Source: Sinomonas sp.
GTDB lineage: Bacteria; Actinomycetota; Actinomycetes; Actinomycetales; Micrococcaceae
Direction: 5' to 3'
Assembly: GCF_051955515.1 (NCBI RefSeq)
Contig: NZ_JBQCGQ010000291.1
Span: forward strand, 1-63,452
DNA: 63,452 bases
Shown here: positions 21,920 to 31,606 of the stretch, piece after piece
Layout: the number at the start of each line of letters is the position of its first letter
How positions within the stretch are numbered: position 1 is the stretch's first letter
Translations under genes and position numbers: made by a program
The notes under the pieces: generated by a model
The model's input: the letters and a program-made list of their open reading frames with translations, nothing else
The model's database searches: none
Told to the model about the DNA's origin: nothing

Positions 21920-22895
21920 AAACGCCGCGAAGACGGCGTCGAACGCCACGGCGATGCGCCGGTGGCTGGGCGTGGCGGAGACAGTGCTCGCGAACCACAG
22001 TGACCGCCTCAACGCGATCAACATCTTCCCGGTGCCCGACGGCGATACCGGCACCAATCTCTATCTCACCGCACACGCGGCCGCCTCAGCGGCTGCGGAG
22101 TGCGACAGCGTCGACCTCGGGACAGTCGTGGCGGCTGGCGCCCGAGCGGCGATGGAGGAAGCCCGAGGCAATTCCGGGACCCTCCTCGCCGTCTTCCTCG
22201 ACGCGTTCGCGGTGCCGCTCGCGGGCCAGACGCGGCTCACCGGCCCCCTCCTCGCCGAGGCTCTTCACCGCAGTCAGATCCGCGCCTGGTCTGCCTTGAG
22301 CGAGCCTGTCGAGGGCACCATGCTGTCGGTGCTGGGGTCCGCGGCTGTTGCAGCGGCCGAAGCCGCGGCCAGCGCGGACGCCGCGGGTGCGGACAGCAAC
22401 GCGACACTTTCCCGCGTGCTGGGCGACGTGGTCGACGCCGCGGTCCATGCCGTCGTCGACACGGAAGGTCAGCTCCCCACGCTGCACGAGGCGAAGGTGG
22501 TCGACGCGGGAGCTGTCGGCCTCCTCCTCGTCCTCGGGGCGCTCCGGGCCGCAGTGCTGGGCGAGGGTCTTGCCGAGGCGGTGCTCGATGCGCTGCATGG
22601 GTATCACGTGCAGGACCCGCATATCCACGGAGATCAACCGCCCGCGGAGGGGGTTGAACTCATGTGCACGATCACGCTCAGCCCACTCGATGCGGCTGGT
22701 CTCCGGCACCGCCTTGACGAACTCGGGGAGTCGGTCATCATGAGTCCGCTCGGAACGCTCGACGAGGACTCGGGGTGCGTCCGCTGGCGCGTCCACGTCC
22801 ACGTGAGAGACCCCGAGGCCGCCCTCGCCGAGATCCGCCGCGTTGGAGAACCCGAACGGGTCTCCTTCACCGAACTGCATTCCGATGCCGTCTGA
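21909..22895 (+). CDS. DAK2 domain protein (FakA-like, short); start uncertain
   Basis: INIFPVPDGDTGTN, ARGNSG, PVEGTML, VDAG, HVH. Confidence 0.88.
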   Translation: MPGRNAAKTASNATAMRRWLGVAETVLANHSDRLNAINIFPVPDGDTGTNLYLTAHAAASAAAECDSVDLGTVVAAGARAAMEEARGNSGTLLAVFLDAFAVPLAGQTRLTGPLLAEALHRSQIRAWSALSEPVEGTMLSVLGSAAVAAAEAAASADAAGADSNATLSRVLGDVVDAAVHAVVDTEGQLPTLHEAKVVDAGAVGLLLVLGALRAAVLGEGLAEAVLDALHGYHVQDPHIHGDQPPAEGVELMCTITLSPLDAAGLRHRLDELGESVIMSPLGTLDEDSGCVRWRVHVHVRDPEAALAEIRRVGEPERVSFTELHSDAV

Positions 22896-25113
22896 CCGCA
22901 ACACCACGCTCGACCGACTCATCGGCGCGCGGAGCGCGAAGAAGTTCCGCGAGCAGCTGGGGCTCGACACGGCCGGCGACCTGCTCCACCACTTCCCGCG
23001 ACGCTATCTTGCGCGCGGAGAGCTGACGCCGATCCGGGAGCTGCCCCTCGACGAGGAGGTCACGCTCGTGGCGCAGGTCGTGTCCTCGTCGAGTCGACGC
23101 ATGAACACCCGGAAGGGGAGCATCACCGAGGTGCTGGTCAGCGACCGGCCGGGGGCGAGCAGCGGCCCCAGCACCCTCTCACTGACGTTCTTCAACGGGT
23201 ATTCGGCGCAACGGCAGCTCACGCGGGGCGTCGTGGCGATGTTCTCAGGGCGCGTGACGGCCTATCGGGGGAAGCTCCAGCTGACCAACCCCATCTACGA
23301 GCTGCTCGACCCGGACGAATTCAGCCCTGAGGCCGCCGCCCGCCTCGCCGGACGCCCCATTCCCGTCTACCCGGCCACCGGTTCGATTCCGAGCTGGACG
23401 ATCGAGAAGGCGGTCGGCACCGTCCTCGGCCAGATCGACCTCGACTCCGTCCCCGAGGCGCTTCCTCCTGATCTACGGCTCAAGTACCGGCTCCCGGGAG
23501 TCGCGGACGCCTTCCGCATGATCCACGAGCCCGAGACGGACGCCGCGTGGCGGACCGCGCAGAAGCGATTCCGGTACGAGGAGGCGCTCGTCCTCCAGGC
23601 GGCGCTCGCTCGCCGCAAGGCGCAGCACGCCGCCCTCCCATCGCGGCCCAGTCCCGCGCGCAAGGGCGGGCTGCTCGAGGCCTTCGACCAGAACCTGCCG
23701 TTCGAGCTGACGGCCGGCCAGCGCGAGGTCGGCGAGCTCCTCGCCAAAGAGCTCGCGGAGAACCACCCCATGAATCGCCTCCTGCAGGGCGAGGTGGGCT
23801 CGGGCAAGACGATCGTGGCGCTCCGGGCGATGCTCCAAGTCGTGGACGACGGCGGTCAGGCGGCTCTGCTTGCCCCCACCGAGGTCCTCGCGGCCCAGCA
23901 CTATGCCTCCATCCGTGCGACGCTGGGTCCGCTCGTGCGCGACGGCCTCCTCGGCGACGCCGACGGGGTCGAGGTTGGGCTGCTCACCGGCTCGCAATCG
24001 GCCGGGGAGAAGAAGCGAAGCCTGCTGGCAGCGGCCAGCGGTCAGGCGGGGATCGTCGTCGGGACCCACGCGCTGCTCTCGGAACACGTCCAGTTCGCCG
24101 ACCTCGGACTCGTGGTTGTGGACGAGCAGCACCGTTTCGGCGTCGAGCAGCGAGATGCGCTCCGGGCGAAGAGCCTCGCGACGCCGCACCTGCTGGTCAT
24201 GACGGCCACCCCGATCCCGCGCACTGTGGCCATGACCGTCTTCGGGGATCTCGAGACGTCGATCCTCCGCGAGCTTCCCGCGGGTCGCTCGCCCATTGCC
24301 ACGCACACCGTGGGGCTCGTCGAGAACCCCTCGTGGGAGCGGCGCATCTGGCAGCGGGCGCGTGAAGAGGTCGACGTCGGGCGGCAGGTCTACGTGGTGT
24401 GCCCCGCGATCGGCCTCGATGACGGGGACCTCGAGGCGCTCGACGAGGCCACGTGGGGCGGAACGGCGCTTGCGGCGTCTACCTCCGTGCCAGATCTGCG
24501 GCCGATCTCAGTCGTGGAGGTCGCCGAGCAGCTCGCGTCCGAAGCTGCACTCGAGGGTGTGCAGGTCGGCATCCTGCATGGTCGCCTCGACTCTGAGGCC
24601 AAGACAGCGGCGATGCGATCCTTCGCGTCCGGGGAGACGGGCGTCCTCGTCGCGACGACCGTCGTCGAAGTCGGTGTCGACGTGCCGAACGCCACGCTCA
24701 TGGTCATCCTCGACGCTGACCGCTTCGGCATCGCCCAGCTCCATCAGCTGCGCGGCCGGGTCGGGCGCGGGGGCCACGCGGGCACCTGCCTCCTGGTGAC
24801 GCGGCTCGAGCCCGGTCACCCGAGCCGGGAACGCCTCGCGGCCGTCGCGGCGAGCACCGATGGGTTCGAGCTCGCGCAGAAGGATCTCGAGTTCCGCCGC
24901 GAGGGGGACATCCTCGGATCGAGCCAGTCCGGACGCCGCTCGACGCTCCGCCTGCTGCGGGTCCTCCGCGACGTCGACGTCATCGAAAGCGCGCGCGACG
25001 ACGCGCTCGGACTCGTTGCCGAGGACCCTGAGCTCAAGCACCATCCGGAACTTGCCTCCGCCATCGACGATTACCTCGACCCAGAACGAGAGGTGTTCCT
25101 CGAACGTGGGTAA
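22885..25113 (+). CDS. recG: ATP-dependent DNA helicase RecG
   Basis: RLLQGEVGSGKT, DEQHRFG, MTATPIPRT, QLRGRVGRG. Confidence 0.97.
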   Translation: MPSDRNTTLDRLIGARSAKKFREQLGLDTAGDLLHHFPRRYLARGELTPIRELPLDEEVTLVAQVVSSSSRRMNTRKGSITEVLVSDRPGASSGPSTLSLTFFNGYSAQRQLTRGVVAMFSGRVTAYRGKLQLTNPIYELLDPDEFSPEAAARLAGRPIPVYPATGSIPSWTIEKAVGTVLGQIDLDSVPEALPPDLRLKYRLPGVADAFRMIHEPETDAAWRTAQKRFRYEEALVLQAALARRKAQHAALPSRPSPARKGGLLEAFDQNLPFELTAGQREVGELLAKELAENHPMNRLLQGEVGSGKTIVALRAMLQVVDDGGQAALLAPTEVLAAQHYASIRATLGPLVRDGLLGDADGVEVGLLTGSQSAGEKKRSLLAAASGQAGIVVGTHALLSEHVQFADLGLVVVDEQHRFGVEQRDALRAKSLATPHLLVMTATPIPRTVAMTVFGDLETSILRELPAGRSPIATHTVGLVENPSWERRIWQRAREEVDVGRQVYVVCPAIGLDDGDLEALDEATWGGTALAASTSVPDLRPISVVEVAEQLASEAALEGVQVGILHGRLDSEAKTAAMRSFASGETGVLVATTVVEVGVDVPNATLMVILDADRFGIAQLHQLRGRVGRGGHAGTCLLVTRLEPGHPSRERLAAVAASTDGFELAQKDLEFRREGDILGSSQSGRRSTLRLLRVLRDVDVIESARDDALGLVAEDPELKHHPELASAIDDYLDPEREVFLERG

Positions 25114-25175
25114 GACAGGACCACGTCCCGCTGGAACCCCGGGGCAGGAACGTTCACGATGAGGAGGATGGGGGC

Positions 25176-25787
25176 ATGAGCAGGATCATCGCGGGGATCG
25201 CCGGCGGCGTGCCGCTCGCGTCCGTGCCCGGCTCCGCCACACGGCCCACGACGGACCGCGTCAAGGAGGCGCTCTTCTCGCGGCTCGATGCACTCGGCAT
25301 GGTCCAACGGGCGCGGGTGCTCGACCTCTTCGCGGGCTCCGGAGCATTGGGGGTCGAGGCGGCCAGCCGCGGTGCCTCGACCGTCGAGCTCGTGGAGTCG
25401 GAGGCCAAGGCCGCCCAAGTGTGCGAGCGCAACGCCCGCACCGTCAACGACGCCGTGAGCCGCCGTGCCGTGACCGTGCGCCGCTCCAAAGTGTCCACGT
25501 TTCTCGAGCGGGTGCCGCCTGGCCCCCACTGGGACCTCGTCCTGATGGATCCGCCGTACCCGCTGGGAGAGAGCCAACTCACCGCGGTGCTCTCCGCCGT
25601 CGCCGTTCGTCTCGCACCAGACGCCATCGTCGTCGTCGAACGCTCCGCCCGCTCGCCCGAGCCAGACTGGCCGGAAGGGCTGGCCCACTACGCAGATCGC
25701 AAGTATGGGGAGACACGTCTCTGGTTCGCTGAGCCGGTGCCGGCAGAGTCCGCGGCAACGCGCCTTGACGCCGCGGAGGGCGCGTGA
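25176..25787 (+). CDS. rsmD: 16S rRNA m2G966 methyltransferase
   Basis: TRPTTDRVKEALF, LDLFAGSG, DPPY, YGET. Confidence 0.94.
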   Translation: MSRIIAGIAGGVPLASVPGSATRPTTDRVKEALFSRLDALGMVQRARVLDLFAGSGALGVEAASRGASTVELVESEAKAAQVCERNARTVNDAVSRRAVTVRRSKVSTFLERVPPGPHWDLVLMDPPYPLGESQLTAVLSAVAVRLAPDAIVVVERSARSPEPDWPEGLAHYADRKYGETRLWFAEPVPAESAATRLDAAEGA

Positions 25788-26203
25788 GGCTTCTCGAGCA
25801 GACCGTTGCGGTGGGCCCGCAATGGTGGGAGATCCTGGCGGCGTTCGCACCGGTCGGCACCCTCGCCGCCGCCGTCGTGGCAGCGATCGTCGGCCTGAAC
25901 ACGATCCGCCAGCGGTCGTATGCCGATCGGCGCGCGGAGTTCTGGCGGCGCACGGAGTGGGCCCTCGAAGCGACCGTCCACCCGGATCCCCAGATGCAGA
26001 CGATGGGCACGATGGTGCTCGCGAGCCTGGCCAAGAGCGAACTCATCGCGAGCGATGAGGAGCTCAGGCTCCTCGACGCCGTATGGATCGACCCGATCGC
26101 AGAGGCGGAGGCCGCAGGACTCGACGAAGAGCTGGGCGGCGAGGATGTTACGGGGGATACTGAAGGAGAGGATCCCGAATCGTCTGGAACGGGGGAGCGA
26201 TGA
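25784..26203 (+). CDS. hypothetical single-pass membrane protein with acidic tail
   Basis: Start overlaps the rsmD stop (GTGA); hydrophobic segment followed by D/E-rich C-terminus. Confidence 0.65.
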   Translation: MRLLEQTVAVGPQWWEILAAFAPVGTLAAAVVAAIVGLNTIRQRSYADRRAEFWRRTEWALEATVHPDPQMQTMGTMVLASLAKSELIASDEELRLLDAVWIDPIAEAEAAGLDEELGGEDVTGDTEGEDPESSGTGER

Positions 26204-26388
26204 GCGAGCACGAGGTGCCTGCACCGAAGCATGCGGCCGAGTCCGAGCGGCAGGAGCGCCGCCCGGGGGCCTCGGATCGCCGCGTCCAGATCGCGGCAGC
26301 CCGGCTTCGCGTGGTCCTCGATGAGCGGCTCAAGCGCGAGACTCCCGAGTGGGTCAAGAGGCTCGCCGAACAGAAGCTGGCCAGTTGA
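26200..26388 (+). CDS. small hypothetical protein
   Basis: ATGA overlap with the upstream ORF, GGGGAG RBS. Confidence 0.6.
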   Translation: MSEHEVPAPKHAAESERQERRPGASDRRVQIAAARLRVVLDERLKRETPEWVKRLAEQKLAS

Positions 26389-26408
26389 AGACCAGCGCTT
26401 ATTGAGGA

Positions 26409-27185
26409 TCAGCGCCGCGCGAGGCCGTCCAAGTCGATGCCGCGCCTGACCTCGGTGGGATGAGGCCCCGCCGAGGCTATCGCTTCGCTCCAGCCGGGAG
26501 GCCATGGCCGTGCGCGTGCCACCGCCACCACATTGCCCGGATAGCGGGCTTCGAAGATCTCCGGTTCGCTGACAGCGGCAACCTCCGGGAACACAGTCCG
26601 CAGGGCGCTGAGCTGCGAGCGGACGAGGCGGAGGGGCGGGTCGTCGCCGATGTTCACGAGCAGCGCTCCGTCGGGGGCCAGGAGTTCGCGGAGTTCGGCG
26701 TAGAAGTCCCGGTTCGCGAGGTGCTCGGGGGCCTCGGGGCCCGAGAAGATATCCAGGACGACGGCGTCGAACGGCGCCTCGGGCTGCAGCCCCGGCAGCT
26801 CCCAGCGCGCGTCGCCGATCCGAGTCTCGAGGTGCGTTCCCTCGGGGAGCGGGAGGTGCTCGAGGACGAAGCCGAGGAGCTCCCGCTCGAGCTCAACCGC
26901 GAACTGCCGGGAGCCGGGGCGCATGACCTCCACATAGCGGGCAAGCGTGAGGGCGCCCGCCCCGAGGTGGAGGACGCGCAGGGGCTCCTGCGGTGGGCGC
27001 ACAAGGTCCAGCACGGTCGCCATGCGCCGGAGGTAGGCGTAGAAGATGTGCTCGGGATGGGCGAGGTCCACGTGGGACTGCTCTGCACCACCGATCGAGA
27101 GCACATAGGCGCCGGGAACGAAGGCGTCGGGCTCGATGGCCGCGTGGGTTCCGAGCCCTGAGAGGAAGCGCTCGGCGCGGCTCAC
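26409..27185 (-). CDS. spermidine-synthase-like SAM-dependent protein
   Basis: QSHVD, LHLGAGA, VELE, IGDAR, DAVVLDIF. Confidence 0.85.
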   Translation of the reverse strand: MSRAERFLSGLGTHAAIEPDAFVPGAYVLSIGGAEQSHVDLAHPEHIFYAYLRRMATVLDLVRPPQEPLRVLHLGAGALTLARYVEVMRPGSRQFAVELERELLGFVLEHLPLPEGTHLETRIGDARWELPGLQPEAPFDAVVLDIFSGPEAPEHLANRDFYAELRELLAPDGALLVNIGDDPPLRLVRSQLSALRTVFPEVAAVSEPEIFEARYPGNVVAVARARPWPPGWSEAIASAGPHPTEVRRGIDLDGLARR

Positions 27186-28378
27186 ACGAGCTCGTTCAGG
27201 CGGGCGAGCCGGTCGGCTGCCTCCTTGAGCACGGTCTCCTGCTTGCAGAAGGCGAATCGCAGCAGGGACCGCGTCCTCTTCGCGCCGTCCTCGTGGCAGA
27301 AGACCGAGACGGGGATCGCTGCGACGCCCACGAGTTCGGGCAGGCGCCGGGCCAAGTCCAGCGCGTCGTCGAAGCCGATGGCCGCGGTGTCGGCCGTGAT
27401 GAAGTACGTGCCGTCGGGCAGATAGACCGTGAGCCCGGCCTGACGGAGCCCCTCGGCCAAGATGTCCCGCTTGCGGCGCAGCGTCTCGGCGGCTGCGCCG
27501 AAGAATTCGTCGGGGAGGCCGAGGCCGAGTGCGACTGCACCCTGAAAGGGTGTCCCCGAGCTGTAGGTGAGGAACTGCTTGACTGTGCGCACGCGGGCAA
27601 CGAGCTCTTCGGGGCCCGTCACCCAGCCGACCTTCCAGCCAGTGAAGGAGAAGGTCTTCCCGGCCGAGGAGATGCTGAGGGTGCGGACGGCGGCTCGGGG
27701 AAGCGTGGCGACCGGTACATGGGGCTCGCCGAAGACCAGGTGTTCATACACCTCGTCCGTGATGATGATCGCGTCGTGCTGGGCGGCGAGGTCCACCACG
27801 GCCTGCAGCACCTCGCGGCCGAAGACGGCGCCCGTCGGGTTGTGCGGGTTATTGAGGATCACAAGGCGGGTGCTGGGTCCGAAGGCTGCTGCGAGCTCCC
27901 CGAGGTCCGGCTGGAAACGCGGCGCGTGGAGCGGCACCGTGACGTGCTGTGCGCCCGCGAGGGCGATCATCGCACCGTACGAGTCGTAGAACGGCTCGAA
28001 GGTCACCACTTCATCTCCGGGCTCGGCGAAGGCGAGGACGGCTGCCGCGATGGCTTCCGTGGCCCCCGTCGTGATCAGGACCTCACGGTCGGGATCCGGG
28101 CTGAGGCCGTAGAAGCGCTGCTGATGGCCCGCGACCGCTTCCCGGAGGATCGGCAGACCCTTGCCCGGGGCGTACTGGTTCGCCCCGTCCGCGATCGCCT
28201 GCCGGGCGGCCGCCGCCATCTCCGCCGGGCCGTCCTCGTCGGGGAAACCCTGCCCCAAGTTAATGGCGCCTGTCCGAACGGCGAGGGCGGTCATCTCCTC
28301 GAAGATCGTCACACCGAGCCGTCCGTCGGCGCTCAGGAGGTTGGCGCCCGCGGCGGTGCGCTGCCAAGGGGAAGTCAT
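27182..28378 (-). CDS. class I/II PLP-dependent aminotransferase (DapC/YbdL-like)
   Basis: INLGQGFPD, NNPHNPTG, DEVY, SAGKTFSFTGWKVG. Confidence 0.93.
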   Translation of the reverse strand: MTSPWQRTAAGANLLSADGRLGVTIFEEMTALAVRTGAINLGQGFPDEDGPAEMAAAARQAIADGANQYAPGKGLPILREAVAGHQQRFYGLSPDPDREVLITTGATEAIAAAVLAFAEPGDEVVTFEPFYDSYGAMIALAGAQHVTVPLHAPRFQPDLGELAAAFGPSTRLVILNNPHNPTGAVFGREVLQAVVDLAAQHDAIIITDEVYEHLVFGEPHVPVATLPRAAVRTLSISSAGKTFSFTGWKVGWVTGPEELVARVRTVKQFLTYSSGTPFQGAVALGLGLPDEFFGAAAETLRRKRDILAEGLRQAGLTVYLPDGTYFITADTAAIGFDDALDLARRLPELVGVAAIPVSVFCHEDGAKRTRSLLRFAFCKQETVLKEAADRLARLNELV

Positions 28379-28429
28379 CTGCCCATGCTATCGACCAGGC
28401 AAACGGACGCCGTGCAGTATGTTGACAGC

Positions 28430-28918
28430 ATGAGACGCGCCGTCTGCCCAGGCTCCTTCGACCCGATCCACAACGGCCACCTCGAAGTCATCGCGCGTGC
28501 CGCGAACCAGTTCGACGAGGTGATCGTCGCGGTGTCGACCAACTACTCGAAGAAGTACCGCTTCGGTCTGGACGAGCGGATTGAGATGGCACGGCGGACC
28601 CTCGGCGCCATCAGCGGCATCCTCGTCGAGCCGATGGGGGAAGGCCTGCTGGCCGAGTACTGCCACGAACGCGGAGCATCGGCCATCGTCAAGGGCCTGC
28701 GGTCCTCGTCGGACTTCGACTACGAGCTGCCCATGGCGATCATGAACCGCCAGCTCTCCGGGGTGGAGACGGTATTCTTGGCGGCGGAGTCCCATTACGT
28801 GCATCTCTCCTCGACCCTCATCAAAGAGGTCCACGATCTCGGCGGGGACGTGTCCGAGTTTGTGCCGCGCGCCGTCTTGGCACGGCTTGATGCGACGGCT
28901 CCCGGACGTGAGCCGTGA
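28430..28918 (+). CDS. coaD: phosphopantetheine adenylyltransferase
   Basis: CPGSFDPIHNGH, KGLRSSSDFDYE, LSSTLIKE. Confidence 0.97.
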   Translation: MRRAVCPGSFDPIHNGHLEVIARAANQFDEVIVAVSTNYSKKYRFGLDERIEMARRTLGAISGILVEPMGEGLLAEYCHERGASAIVKGLRSSSDFDYELPMAIMNRQLSGVETVFLAAESHYVHLSSTLIKEVHDLGGDVSEFVPRAVLARLDATAPGREP

Positions 28919-28963
28919 CCGTCCGAGCGCCCGTTTTGGGCCTCGGCGCCGCACAGGCTAGGA

Positions 28964-29551
28964 TTGTTTGTCGGTCTATGTTCTACAGGAGTTCTCATTA
29001 AGCGCGAAGATCGTTCGCCCTTGACGGTCGACGTCAAGGATCTCGGGCGCAGCCCGGGCACGATGCGGACACTCACAGAGCATGTGCCCGCACCGAGTGA
29101 TCTCGGTGTGGCGCTCATCGGCGTCAGGGAAGGGTCCCCCGTGGACCTCGATCTGAGGCTCGAGTCCGTCCACGAGGGGATCCTGGTATCGGGAACCGCA
29201 CATGTCGAAGTAAACGGCGAGTGCGGGCGGTGCCTGGATCCTATCGAGTACGGTCTCGATGTCGATGTGCAAGAGCTTTTCTCCTTCGAGGGCGTGGCGT
29301 CCTCAGAGGGGGAAGACGATGAAGAGCAACGTCGAGTCGAGCACGATTCCATCGATCTTGAGCCGGTGTTGCGGGACGCAGTAGTGACCATGCTGCCGTT
29401 CCAGCCGGTGTGCCGGGAGGACTGCCCGGGGCTGTGCCCCGAGTGCGGGATCCGCCTCGCAGACGAGCCGGACCACCACCATGAGGTCCTCGACCCGCGG
29501 TGGTCGGCCTTGGCGGATCTGGTCAGGCCCGACCGGCAGAATGACGAATAA
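28964..29551 (+). CDS. yceD: YceD/DUF177 family protein; start uncertain
   Basis: [25 protein letters not shown]; directly upstream of rpmF. Confidence 0.9.
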   Translation: MFVGLCSTGVLIKREDRSPLTVDVKDLGRSPGTMRTLTEHVPAPSDLGVALIGVREGSPVDLDLRLESVHEGILVSGTAHVEVNGECGRCLDPIEYGLDVDVQELFSFEGVASSEGEDDEEQRRVEHDSIDLEPVLRDAVVTMLPFQPVCREDCPGLCPECGIRLADEPDHHHEVLDPRWSALADLVRPDRQNDE

Positions 29552-29580
29552 GTGTTGGCCCTAAGAGAAATGAGTTAGCT

Positions 29581-29784
29581 GTGGCAGTTCCCAAGCGGAA
29601 GATGTCCCGCTCGAACACCCGCGCGCGCCGCTCCCAGTGGAAGGCGTCCGTCCCCACCCTCGTCAAGACCGTGGAGAACGGTCGCGTGACCTACAGCCTC
29701 CCGCACCAGGCGAAGGTCGTCACCGACTCGGCCGGCACGGCGCTCTTCATGGAGTACAAGGGCCGCAAGGTCGCCGACGCCTGA
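29581..29784 (+). CDS. rpmF: 50S ribosomal protein L32 (cysteine-free form)
   Basis: [21 protein letters not shown]. Confidence 0.96.
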   Translation: MAVPKRKMSRSNTRARRSQWKASVPTLVKTVENGRVTYSLPHQAKVVTDSAGTALFMEYKGRKVADA

Positions 29785-29813
29785 GCTGTTACGAAGACAG
29801 CCAGTCGCCCGAT

Positions 29814-30551
29814 ATGCCCGCTCGCGATGAGCTTTTGAAGCGTCTCGGCGTCGAGAGGGACGCCGAGACGCTTCGTCTTGCCCTCACGCATCGCTCGTAT
29901 GCCTACGAGAACGGCGGAATCCCCACGAACGAGCGTCTCGAGTTCCTCGGGGACTCGATTCTGGGCTTCTCGGTCACCGATCACCTTTACCGCACCTACC
30001 CCCACCTTTCCGAGGGTGAGCTCGCCAAGCGCCGGGCCGCCGTCGTCAGCACGAGAGCACTCGCCAGCATCGCACGCCGACTCGGCGTGGGGGAGTGCAT
30101 CTTTCTCGGCCACGGCGAGAAGGTGACCAACGGGAAGAACAAGTCCTCCATCCTCGCGGACACCATGGAGGCCCTCATCGGCGCCACCTACCTGTCGAAC
30201 GACCTCGAGGAGGCCCGCCGCCTCGTGGTGCGGCTCGTGGGGCCGCTCCTCGAAGACGCCGCCGTGCTCGGAGCAGGCACCGACTGGAAGACCCACATCC
30301 AAGAACTGGCCGCGAACCGCCAGCTGGGCAATATCCACTACGCCGTCGTCGGCGATGGACCCGACCACGCGCGCACCTATACCGCGACGCTGAGCATCGG
30401 GGGAGTCCCCTACGGCACCGGAGCCGGCAACTCGAAGAAGGAAGCGGAGCAGCACTCCGCAGCCGACGCGTGGAGGGTTCTGGCCCCGGACGAATCCGGT
30501 GACCTCGGCAGCTCCCCGGGCGAGCGTGAGAGCGCCGAGGGACCCGTCTAG
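29814..30551 (+). CDS. rnc: ribonuclease III
   Basis: [15 protein letters not shown], ds[11 protein letters not shown]...KKEAEQ. Confidence 0.97.
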   Translation: MPARDELLKRLGVERDAETLRLALTHRSYAYENGGIPTNERLEFLGDSILGFSVTDHLYRTYPHLSEGELAKRRAAVVSTRALASIARRLGVGECIFLGHGEKVTNGKNKSSILADTMEALIGATYLSNDLEEARRLVVRLVGPLLEDAAVLGAGTDWKTHIQELAANRQLGNIHYAVVGDGPDHARTYTATLSIGGVPYGTGAGNSKKEAEQHSAADAWRVLAPDESGDLGSSPGERESAEGPV

Positions 30552-30553
30552 CC

Positions 30554-31525
30554 TTGCCCGAACTCCCCGAAGTCGAGGTCGTGCGCCGCGGCCTCTCGAC
30601 CTGGGTCGCCGGGCGCCAGATCGACCGAGTCGAGGTGCTGGATCCCCGATCCGTCCGCCGCCACACCCTCGGTCCCGAGGACTTCCGCGGCCAGCTCGAA
30701 GGCGCCCTCGTGCTCGGCGCCGTGCGTCGCGGCAAATTCCTCTGGCTGCCCCTGGCTGACGGTGCCGACCCGGCTGAGAGCAACGACGGCAGCCCCGACG
30801 CGACCCCGCACACCGCCCTCCTGGCACACCTCGGGATGAGCGGACAGCTCCTCGTCGAGGATCCCGAGCAGCCGGACGAAAAGCACCTCAAAGTGCGCCT
30901 CACGCTCTCGGATGCCCCCGGACTCCCAGCCGAGCTCCGCTTCGTGGACCAGCGCATCTTCGGAGGCCTCGCCGTCGTGCCTCTTGTTCCGACGGACGAC
31001 GGCGGCCCGGGCGGCCTCGGCGCAGGTCGCCTGCCGCTGATCGCGGCTGACGCCGCGCATATCGCCCGAGACCCGCTCGATCCCGCCTTCTCCGCGGACG
31101 AGCTTCACCGTCGGCTCCGCGCCCGCCGCACGAGCATCAAGCGGGCTCTCCTTGACCAACAGCTCGTCTCGGGAATCGGCAACATCTATGCCGACGAGGC
31201 GCTGTGGGCGGCCCGCCTCCACTATGCCCGTCCGACCGATACCCTCCGACGGGCAGAGACACAGCGGCTTGTCGCGGCAGTGCAGGACGTCATGGCACGG
31301 GCCCTTGAAGCAGGGGGTACGAGCTTCGACTCTCTGTACGTCAACGTCAACGGCGCCTCCGGCTACTTCGACCGCTCGCTGTCCGCCTACGGGCGTGCCG
31401 GGAAGGCGTGCACGCGCTGCGCGGAGGAAGGCCGCACGAGCATCATGGTTCGCGAGCCGTTCATGAATCGCTCGTCGTATCGGTGCCCGCACTGCCAGCG
31501 GACGCCCCGCAACGCGCGCTGGTAG
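30554..31525 (+). CDS. mutM: formamidopyrimidine-DNA glycosylase
   Basis: [27 protein letters not shown]-terminal zinc finger. Confidence 0.97.
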   Translation: MPELPEVEVVRRGLSTWVAGRQIDRVEVLDPRSVRRHTLGPEDFRGQLEGALVLGAVRRGKFLWLPLADGADPAESNDGSPDATPHTALLAHLGMSGQLLVEDPEQPDEKHLKVRLTLSDAPGLPAELRFVDQRIFGGLAVVPLVPTDDGGPGGLGAGRLPLIAADAAHIARDPLDPAFSADELHRRLRARRTSIKRALLDQQLVSGIGNIYADEALWAARLHYARPTDTLRRAETQRLVAAVQDVMARALEAGGTSFDSLYVNVNGASGYFDRSLSAYGRAGKACTRCAEEGRTSIMVREPFMNRSSYRCPHCQRTPRNARW

Positions 31526-31606
31526 CCGAGAACTGTCCATCCCCGGTGGCAGAATGCAGAGCAGGATTGCCCACGGCCGCCACAGCGACAGGAGAACCGC
31601 GCTCCC

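Noticed and set aside
21909-22895. Short DAK2 protein as a pseudogene
   Set aside because: Uninterrupted ORF overlapping thiL and recG, with no downstream remnant or frameshift visible.
29581-29784. Cysteine-free L32 as a zinc-starvation paralog
   Set aside because: It occupies the canonical yceD-rpmF-rnc locus, so it is the housekeeping copy.
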